64,000 nucleotides of DNA, from assembly GCA_051362555.1 (NCBI GenBank), contig CM120640.1:28234503-28298502 (forward strand), given 5' to 3'. Both the position numbers and the translations under genes were made by a program. The DNA comes from Lingula anatina. Its lineage: Eukaryota > Animalia > Brachiopoda. A model generated the notes under the pieces. It did no database searches. It was not told the origin of the DNA and saw nothing but the letters and a program-made list of their open reading frames with translations. Positions 54,674 to 64,000 of this stretch are shown piece after piece. How positions within the stretch are numbered: the stretch's first letter is position 1; each line of letters opens with the position of its first letter.

Positions 54674-56516
54674 ATAAACTTCCTTACATATATTACATGA
54701 CGCTGTGCCTTCCACGCCGTAGAAACCATCTGCACACGTGCACTGGCCATTTGTGCACTGGCTGTTTGGGATTGAGGTGTTACATAGGTTAGAGCTGTCG
54801 CAATATGTTCCAATCACAGTTTCTAAAGAATTAAAAAGTAAGAAGGGTGAATTTTGGCGTCAAAAAAGTGCAATAATAATCGTTGATAGCATGTCATGTT
54901 CAAAACAGGTTAACTTGATTAGTTGTAAAAATATACAATATATTGGGTTTACTGCATTTGACATAATTAACTGTAAATGTGAAAAGACAGGCTATTTTCG
55001 GCTATTTTTAGCTGAAACCTGGAGATGAAGGTTCCATTGCAAACGATTAATCAAAACATTGGCGATTAATTAAAAGTATGCACGTATGTGTATGTTTGTG
55101 TGTGCGTGTTGCTCGCCCCACTTACTGTTTTCACACGTAGAAGAACCAAGAGCACCAAAGTAGCCATTTGCACAGTTACATATTCCTATCCAAGCGCCAC
55201 TAGGTATGTTACATACAAGTAGGTCTTCTGTCGCATATCTATTGCATGTAGCGTTAGATAAACAGGCAGATCCTACTCCTGAAGCTGAAAATTGCAAAAA
55301 ATTAATGAGCTAATATTAGTTGGTGAATTTTATAGGGACATGTCTCAAGACTCTCTGCAAATTGTGTACTGATAACTAAGAAATAACATTCACTTTCCTC
55401 TCGTTTCATTTGTATGGACAGAAAAGGGTTAATGGCATAATTTCAACATTTTTCTTGTCTGCAAATATGTAAAACATCCTAGTATGATTTACAGTTGATA
55501 AAATGAGCAAGCTTCAATTATGAGATAATAATTGCGTTTTATTTTTAAGCAATACTTTCTCCAAAGGCTTCCGTACTGACCAATGACACAGCTAGATCCC
55601 CCCAAATCGCCGTAGTAAGGGGATTTACATCGACAAATTCCATTGCTGCAAACACTTTGTTGCAAGTTTTCTTGACAAAACAGATCACTTAGACAGGTCA
55701 TGCCAACTCGGTTTCTTCCTAAAAGTATGATATTTAGAAATGGTACCAGTTAATGTAATACACGATTCCTACGGAATGGTTTCGTACATGTATCAGCATC
55801 ATTATTAACTTAAATAATGAGCAAAATAGTGTATTTACCCGTCCGAACAATATGACAATTTTTATAAAAACATGTAAATCCACGAAAGCAATGATAGCCA
55901 CTTACCCCAATTTGAAATAATTATGTTGACTTTCTTGTGCCTATTAGAATTACCAGTTTTAGAGTCACTTCATACTTCAATCCCTTTACAAAACTTTTTG
56001 CTGATCTGTTTACAAGTTTGGATGAAAAAAATTATTATATTTTTTATTATCATTGCCATAGCAAATGAAGAGACTAAAGTTTCTGAAGTAAAAAAAAAAA
56101 GACGTCACAAAGGTTTAAAAATCATTTTGGAGTACAAAATAATAACGCGCTTCATACTTCTGCAAACACCATCTGTTCCGTCTGGCTCGTACTCCCCTTC
56201 CTGCGCACAACGACAGCGATATCCAAGACATTTCCAACCTGATGTCCCGTTTACACAGTGACTGTCATTAAAACAAGACGTCCCAATAACGTGCTCTGGA
56301 ATGTTATAGAGACATTTTAACACAGAACTCATTCTAAGCCCTACAAAAAATACACGCACTTGACAATAGAAGTGTCACCCCCTAACTCAGAGTAATAAAA
56401 GTAGGCAGATCTTGGGTTCTTATAATGCCTGGTCTACTTATAATGTGTCTAATGAGTATAAAACCGCTATACCATGGAATTGTATTGTTGGTATTGTACA
56501 TGTACAGTAAATGTTA

Positions 56517-56569
<53 letters not shown>

Positions 56570-57216
56570 GGGAGAGAGAGGGTGAATTTATTTTAAAAAC
56601 GATTTTCTCACAGTATTAAATGTAAGCATGGGAATAGTGAGAAAGAGAGATACAGGGAGAGAATACATACTTTTTTCGCAAACAGTAGACTCAAACACCC
56701 CATAATAGCCCTGCGCGCATCTACAAATCCTATCAATGCAGACTGAATTTGTTGATATACCCTGTCTCACGCAATCCGTTTTATTATAGCAACTCGCAAC
56801 GTCAATACCGTTCTTTGGTTTCTCTGAAAAAAATATTTGATAAACAGAGGTCAAGATTTTTAATGCAGGCCAATAAACTTCTATCAGTTTCTGCCCCTTT
56901 TTATAGCAAAAGAAACAGGTCTCATATTTTTATGAGTCGTCAACCACAGAATTCATTAAACTCTTATCTAATTAATTAAAAGATACGATTCATTAGATTT
57001 GTCACTGCAGCAAAAAGGATACTTGGCCAATAATGATAAAGAGGAACACAAGCCTGCTAGACTTTATAGTACACTGTATATGGGAAATTCAACTGATTCA
57101 TTAAAAATAATAAAAGAGAAAACAATGAAGGTAAACTTACCCTGTGCCCTAGAATAACCAAGTAATAAAATGATAAAGGCGATGATCCAGATATGATTGA
57201 TTGATCCTTTCATCAT
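44597..57216 (-). CDS. Uncharacterised type-I transmembrane protein: signal peptide, 15 EB-type 6-Cys modules, 2 EGF, SEA, 2 EGF, TM, Tyr-motif tail
   Basis: Signal exon 57216-57141 (MMKGSINHIWIIAFIILLLGYSRAQ). Cys-module exons start near 56823, 56295, 55718, 55283, 54822, 54351, 53932, 52254, 51880, 50755, 50222, 49835, 49404, 48994, 48541. EGF exons start at 48186 and ~47703. SEA exons are 47259-47132 and 46827-46599. An EGF exon starts at ~46377 and a split EGF at ~46017 plus ~45771. TM exon 45548-45217 (GGAVGTVLVIIIIVIACF-TQRTRR). Tail exons 44996-44898 and 44731-44597 end in TFYNPAYSS*. Confidence 0.85.
52357..53627 (+). mobile_element. 5'-truncated RTE-clade LINE (inactive), antisense within an intron of the EB-module gene
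   Basis: RT motifs QFGF...GTRNAIF, FIDYQKAFD, VRQGCVMSPDLFNLY, NNLRYADD, FNYLG, LLYGCDSW, AAEMWFYRRMLRI. In-frame stop at 52719-52721, frameshift in the A-run at ~52950-52964, and a (GAA)-type tail at ~53613-53627. Confidence 0.95.
56519..56564. repeat. (TG)n microsatellite
   Basis: Seen directly. Confidence 0.95.
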
Positions 57217-60143
57217 AAACTGAAAGACAGATAAGCATTTGAATGAATTTTATTGGAATTAAAATATCCCTCCATGAATGACTTTTTGATAGCCCTACTT
57301 GCCCGACAATTATATATATTACAAAATAATTAAAAGCACATAAAATAGAATATTTTACTCCATAATAAGAAAACAACAAGAATGATACCAGGCATAGTTC
57401 CAAAATCTTTTTTTTGTTTCTGCCATGGTTCATCTGTCGAGCACTCATTCACACTTACACCGTACCAACTTGACGACATCCTTCAATGAAATACTTGAAA
57501 TAAATATTTCAATTTACCTTCGAGTCTTTAGAGACCTGTTTGATGATTCGGCTTTTACATCCATAGAAAGTCAAAAATTTGGAGCAGCTGCCAAAGTCAC
57601 TGGAAGTCACAATGTTATTGCGTTCAGTATTGCATTCAGATTAAATACCTAATAATGCTGGGCGTAGCTACAGTAAAGCGACTTTATTCCGTACGACATA
57701 ACCTGTCCCCCCGTTTTATGAAGACTTAGGGCACTTAAAGATATCGCAGCTATCCAAATAGAAATAAATACACGTTCCTCCCATCAACTTTTATTCCCCT
57801 GATAGAAATCCGTGTCCCGCATACCAAATCAATTAGGCTTTACTACAGAGCACACTTTCATGTTCCGAGCAATTTAAAAGATAAAGTTGCTTATTGCTGA
57901 CATAGCTCATATCAACCTTTATGTTAAATTTTAGGGGCTCACAAAGACACACGGAGGCTTACCATTTCGAAACACTTAACTTCTTCACAACCAAGGATTT
58001 TTCCTTTACAGATAGGTGGTGTAATGACAGGAAATAAATGTGACTAAATATCAAGTACGTGGCTTGAACTAGAGAAATAAATGTATCCTTCGAGAAAAAT
58101 ATATAATATATATAATCGGAGAAACAGTACTCATAATAATCCACAATTAGCATATTCGCTAAAAATACTTTGTTCAAACAATGAAATACAGTTATCCCCT
58201 GGATTTTTAAGAAACGTCCCCTACGCATGACATTTCTCCCAAGATAAGCATATGGGTACCGTTATCATGTAGTCCATGTAAAGTTTTGTTTATAATTTTC
58301 GTGGTATTACTCCAAGTCCTGTTTGCAAATTGACAAAAGAGATCAGGCGAGATAACAGACCTCTAATACCCTTGAGAATGAGGAAGTATTTGGGCATATT
58401 GATTGAGATATATCGATGATGAGAAACGTATTGCAGAAAATCTAGTGGTTCAAAAGTAATACCGTAATAGTAATAAAGTTTTGTTGGTTAAAATACTTAA
58501 GACAATGTAGCAACATTTCTGGTGGAAATGCTTTATATTTTCTTTACTTTCATAGATGTTGAAGTACTGTTTCCTATTTTACATTTATAGGTACACTCCA
58601 TGAGATTTACCTGGGAAAATAAGCAATTTTCTTGTACTCACGAATCATTTATCTATTCCTCTCTGCACTTGGATTTGACCTTTGATAAAATTTATAAGGG
58701 TTGATTTTAGCTTAAAATGAGCGGCCAGTCATTATAACAGCGACCATTTTCCCATAAGCTCCAATGAAAATATCAACGTCAGGTACGGTCCAGAAATAAA
58801 TAATTAATTAATTAATTAAATAGTTTTTAGGTCTAAATAAGGTTTTAAAAGAAGCTTTGGGTGATAAAGATAAGCATTTTGGGGATTTTCAAACCCAAGG
58901 AGTGTGCCTTTAATTTGCTTTTTTATTCTAACTTTCTGTGTAAAGAGATTAAAAGAAAATCGCAAACGACAATGAAATCTGCCCTGCGTTGACTTTGCAA
59001 CGCCTGGTATCCGGGATAAGATGTAGCACACGGCTGTCAAAGAAAGGGGAGAACAGCCCGCACCACCTAGCGACAGAAAATCCAGACAGAAACACGCAGT
59101 TGTCCCGGCATTATCGGCCGTGCGTTGACCCGCCGGTAACGCGCCCCTGAAATTTTGAAGCAGAAACTCACAGCTAACCTCTCACTGTCTGAGGCGGCTC
59201 GTGCAAAGGATCAGTCAATTACATAAGATATTTTGATTAATTCACTTGGCATGACGTGGAATGAAAAACAAAAGCTTAAATCAAGTAGGATGAAAATTTT
59301 CTCTGATAAGGAGGAACAGACTAAAACGATCATTTCAAAGTGAAGAAATTGCTTTAAATTTGTTTCCCACAGTTTCCCACAGATTATTGCATTTTTTTTA
59401 TTAACATCACACAAAACACAATAAATGAATAAGATAAAAAGATCAAAATTCACAGAGTACACGAAAGCAACAATGAAAGCAATACAAATCACATAAGGAA
59501 TAAACAATACAATGCGATGCAAAATGTATACGTAATTCTAGAGACCGGACCTATTAATTTGACGGGGTAAACAAAGATTTTCCAAACACATGACCCCCAC
59601 ATATGTCTGCTTTCATTTTTATTAGAATTTAAAACCACAAGATGGCCAAATCTTCAAAAAATCCTCTCTAGTATCTGTACAAAAGTTAAATTTCAATTTA
59701 TTTATGGACAGAAATTCCGTCAGCTCACAGAATATTTATGTAACGGCATTTTGTTTCTTATAATTATTGTACTTATTCATATTTCCATAAAATTCCAGTC
59801 GTTTTACAATTTTACTTTATCTAACTCCTTATAGGTCTAATTCGTGTTATAATATCTTCCAACATCTTATTCAGCTTTTCATAACACGTATTATAACCCG
59901 CCAGCCTGGCTCTAGTTTCACTCTGTTGGTCTCCACACTGAGCAAGATAGTATTAAATGTATTAAAAGGGTTAGTGATGCATTATAAGTGATGACATATT
60001 ATGGTGTAAGGACATTATTTTCGTGAGTTTGACAAAATAAATCTTGTTTATCACTTAAGGATAGGGCCTACATGCACATGTAGGCCTATTCGTACCGCCA
60101 AGCGAATATTCTTGTATAGTAGGTGAGGAGAAACAGCAGCAAA

Positions 60144-61987
60144 ATGCCCACTTCATCCTGCAAAAAGTGTGACCCCAAATCGACCAAAGGATGCCTCATT
60201 AAGAACAGATTACTGATCGTTTCGATGATTGGGATATGTTTAGGTATCATCCTTGGCTTTGGGCTTCGACCAGCTTCCCTCTCGGAATCCACCATAATGT
60301 GGATAGGTATTTGGGGAGAGTTATTTCTGCGCATGCTCCGAATGATCATCATTCCGCTGATAATAGCTTGTCTCGTTACAGGTAACCGAGTTTTTTTCCT
60401 GATTTTTGTACAGTGAAAAAAAGGTAAATTATCAGACGGATTCAGTAGCTCTACGCTAGCACGTTTTATGCGTTTTTATCACTTGTATAATGCAAATTTG
60501 CACTTTGAAACAAGGTTGAAAATGTAGGCCCCATTTTTCTTATTTATATAAATTATGGTAATTATATACAACGCATATCTATAAGGTATACATTGTCTTT
60601 AATTGGTAACATGTGATATAAGTAAGTGATGGGGGAATCAGTTTCATATATACAGTACCAAAAAAAAAATGCCTAAAGGCACGATTAAGAGTGAGAGGCA
60701 GAGGCAGGCAAAAGAAACCATGAAAAGGACCCCCCCCCCACACACACACATATATACAGTACAGTATTATGTTATACTTCAGGTGTCGGGGGTTTAGAAG
60801 ACAAGGCCAGTGGTCGTCTTGGAATTGCAACTCTGGTGTACATAATCGTTACCCAGGTTATCGGGGTCATGATTGGTATTATACTGGCAGTTTCTATCAG
60901 ACCAGGAACTGATTTGGGCGATGAACCTCAATTTGGAACTGCCAGTAGCACAGAATATGGGGATACATTTGCAGACATGTTAAGGTGTGTGTGTGTCTGT
61001 GTGTGGAAAAACTATACGACTCATTTGCCGTTGACTGTATGCTAAATGCATCGAAAAAAATAAAGCATTCAGGTCCGTAGGTTTCGAAAAATTCATTTTT
61101 TGGAGGGGGGGGGGGAGGAGGGGGGTCGAAAGACTGCAATACTTGTGAGTGGAACAAACTTATTAGGTCTGTCAATACCGTCCGTGGTAGTTATCTAGAT
61201 GCTGACTTAAGGAAAAGTAAGTGTGATCGACTGTGAGAAAAGAAATAAGGCGAAGGATCCCCCAAACATTTTAATTTTTCAAACACCTCTAAGGGTATCC
61301 CCAGGAACCCACTGGCCTGACATTAGAGAAAAAGTAACTTGTGTTTTAGGCTTCTTCAATTAAATGTGTGCTGAGATCAGATAATAATTTCGTGTTTCTT
61401 TTTGATAGAAACCTCTTCCCAGAAAACGTGGTTCAGGCATGCTTGCAACATGGTTTTATTAGTTATCGTCTGCAGCGCAATGGAGATTCCTATCTCAGAC
61501 GAAACCATCGGCCTGTTATTCACCGTAGACTGGCTGCTGTGAGAATTTCTTCGTTTTGTGAACTTCAAATTTGTTATCACTTATGGCATTTTTTAAAGCT
61601 TGTACGTCAAAGGCCGTACCCACACATACATGTAAATTGCTCACCGCCTTTCCCTCTAAGAGCGAATAATTGAACCCACTGAATGTAATAGTTAAGATGT
61701 GCTCTAATACAGGAGTTATGAAAAGGGAATGCCAGTTAATTTATATTAACATAGACTGTGCTTCGTCACCAAAGAGAAAAAAAAAAGTAGATGAATAATA
61801 AAATATATTAGGATCCTCTTTTTCCAGGGATCGAGTACGTGCGGCCAGTAATATTTTGAGTCACGGGTTTGCCTGTGCCGTCGTCGAAAGGGTCTGTAGA
61901 AAGCAACTTGAAACAAGTAGTGATCAACTATCTACAACCACGCAGGATCTTGGGAACTGCAATAAAAATGCTGCAGCCGCAGTTTAA
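60144..61987 (+). pseudogene. SLC1A-family (excitatory amino acid/dicarboxylate:Na+ symporter) gene with a large internal deletion
   Basis: Exons 60144-60381 (LLIVSMIGICLGIILG...GELFLRMLRMIIIPLII), 60783-60984 (SGRLG...LAVSIRPG...DTFADML), and from 61409 (RNLFPENVVQACLQH). The last is joined at ~61452, out of frame, to VLLVIVCSAMEIPISDETIGLLFTVDWLL (ends 61538). Final exon 61828-61987 reads DRVRAASNILSHG. No exons for the middle of the transporter (TM4-TM7/HP1, NMDG motif) were found. Confidence 0.75.
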
Positions 61988-62825
61988 CAACGGGACCAAG
62001 TCTACTCGTTCGATTATGTTTATCTCTAAGCCCAACCCCTTTGAGGATTTCGAACCTCCTTGGCCACAATGAAGTCCTAAATCCACCATATTGCAATCAT
62101 AGATATTGCTACAGGCAGAATAACGTTGCATTTTCATCGCTCTATATACATATATCACATTTATTTTTTTTTAATTTTGTATGCAACAACCAAGCAAAAA
62201 AATGATAAAATCATTATTCCAAATTTTATCCCACTCATGTCACGTCGTATTCACAAATTAGAAATAAAGATATTTTCAGAATGAAAAGCTGAAAAAAATG
62301 TCTGAAACGAACTTGATCCAACCTGTGCCTAACGTATGCTTGTTTTGCATGTATTTTTCGTTTTCCAGATGGCATAGGATATTTTTGTACATCCTACGCT
62401 TAATCTATTTTACATTCAGTTAACACAACTATCACAAAACTCTTAGCTCAAAGACTTCATTGAGAATATTTAAAACCAATCTTTTCAAAAATAAAATACT
62501 GAACTATCTAAAAAGGCCTTTGTAATTCTTATATTATACATGTACATCATACCTGAATGTCGTGGACAAACCTATTCCATACTTCAAATCCATTCATTTA
62601 TAACATAAGTGGATGTGATAGGTGCGACAGTATAGCAGCATTTAAGTAATTTGTTGTAGAAAGGTTGACGAATAAACCAACGGTTTTTGGCTCAAACACA
62701 CTTTTCCAAAAATCAAATGTCTATAGATGCTCAATGTACTAAGAGTCAATTTCAATATCTTAAAATCAATCACGATATTGTTTAAAAAGGTTGCACACGT
62801 TTGCCGTTACAGTCCATTCCAGAGA

Positions 62826-63390
62826 ATAGGTGCTGCCATAATCAAGAACGTCTTCGTCGTCCCCAGCGGCAGTCTGGTTTTATTAGTCATCATCTGCAGT
62901 GCAATTGGGAGTCCTATCTCAGAGGAAACCATCGGCCTGTTGTTCACCGTAGACTGGCTTCTGTAAGTTTTTTTCTTTGCTAACTTCGTACCATTTAGTG
63001 TTTGTCAAAAGCCGTGTAAAGAAGACATTTATTTTTACCTCTTATTCTCTAATACCGCGTGATTGAGCACACTATATGTTTATACTTTACATTACAGCAT
63101 GTGCTCCAATATTATACAAAAAGCGATAACAGCTTGACATTGATAGTGCTTTAATTTTGTCTATTGGCATTAATTGTCCTTTGTCAGCATAACATCTGAT
63201 ATACGTGTTTATAAATGAAATTTTCCCAGGGATCGGGTACAAGTGGCTTGTAATACTTTGAGCTCTGTCTCGCCTCCGCCGTCGTCGAAAAAGTCTGTAT
63301 AAAGCAACTTGATACAAGCTGTGATCAACCAACTGCAACCACGCAAGATCTTGAGAACTGCTATGACAATGATGCAGCCACAGTTTCACA
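62826..63390 (+). pseudogene. Second, partial SLC1A copy (last two exons only, frameshifted)
   Basis: IGAA...VPSGSLVLLVIICSAIGSPISEETIGLLFTVDWLL, ending at donor 62963. The exon from 63230 (DRVQVACNTLS) parallels 61828-61987 but has a 1-nt shift near 63263-63267. Confidence 0.75.
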
Positions 63391-63464
63391 AGATATTCTG
63401 CTCGCAAAGTTGATTTCAGGACGTGGACATGAGCAAGTGCCCTATTTGGGACCATTCAGAATAG

Positions 63465-63711
63465 AAGATCCGAGTATCAACTGGTCCAAGGCTCAAATAT
63501 GACGGGGCCTACATGAAAGGAAGGCCGCTGTAAGGGTCTCTCCGCCTACCACACCCTTCCCCACGCGTCTGGTCGAATGGAGTCGAGATTTAATTACTGT
63601 GCTCCTGCAGGGATGGCACGTGGGGAGGCGTGTGAGACCATTACAGGATTAAGCGGTCTTCCTTTCATATTTGCCATATTTGAGCCTTGGACCAGTTGAT
63701 ACTAGGATCTT
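63465..63711. mobile_element. Fold-back MITE (~250 bp)
   Basis: ~37-bp inverted repeat AAGATCC(G/T)AGTATCAACTGGTCCAAGGCTCAAATATG at both ends, plus inner paired arms ATGAAAGGAAGGCCGCT / AGCGGTCTTCCTTTCAT. Confidence 0.8.
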
Positions 63712-63712
63712 T

Positions 63713-64000
63713 CAGCTTTTCCAGCTCAGGCCGCATTTTAGTCCTGTGTTTCTTTTTTGAAAGTTTGACAGTTATAAGTAACATGGTTTTCCCATAATGG
63801 TCATCATGGCAGCAGCAACAAAAATTGTGTTTTCTTCTATTTAGATGCAACATTACATAATGCTTAACAGCATAATGACCATCAATTTTTTAATAATAAA
63901 ATAAAACGTATCATGGATTTTCAGAAAATGTAACAAGCATGGGTATTCAAGCCAGCCTGTGGAACTTCAAAGTCACACCTTGAAAATGCCAATATGTGAA
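63713..64000. repeat. Dispersed repeat of the same family as the FAN1 last-intron element (runs off the window end)
   Basis: Aligns by eye to 22696-22822 and 23200-23410 (GCATTTTAGTCCTGT...TAACATGGTTTTCCCATAATGGTCATCATGGCAGCAGC...GGAACTTCAAAGTCACACCTT). Confidence 0.85.

Noticed and set aside
57149-57448. 99-aa hydrophobic ORF as the receptor's N-terminus
   Set aside because: The convincing signal peptide with a GTAAGT donor is in a different frame at 57216-57141.

Overview
AT-rich, intron-rich animal genomic DNA. The gene set and repeat types suggest a mollusc or other lophotrochozoan, which is an inference. No prokaryotic features, RNA genes or CRISPR arrays were seen. In order, the window holds: (1) the last exon of CLN6 (+); (2) a stand-alone CXXC zinc-finger gene (-) with its CDS in one exon and a probable promoter near 20 kb; (3) a complete multi-exon FAN1 (-) that appears to lack the UBZ finger; (4) MPHOSPH9 (+), head-to-head with FAN1; (5) an uncharacterised type-I membrane receptor (-) built from a signal peptide, 15 one-exon EB-type Cys modules, 2 EGF, SEA, 2 EGF, TM and a tail ending in FxNPxY; (6) a broken, partly duplicated SLC1A (EAAT-family) locus (+). 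Introns and intergenic DNA carry three LINE remnants, a Helentron/HINE-like satellite-bearing element, several MITEs and microsatellites. CpG content rises sharply at about 44.2 kb, as expected for mosaic gene-body methylation. Gene identities come from manual translation and recalled motifs, not database searches, and exon boundaries were read by eye from GT-AG sites and frame. I found no convincing wholly new system. The best candidates for undescribed biology are the EB-SEA-NPxY receptor, the stand-alone CXXC protein and the UBZ-less FAN1.
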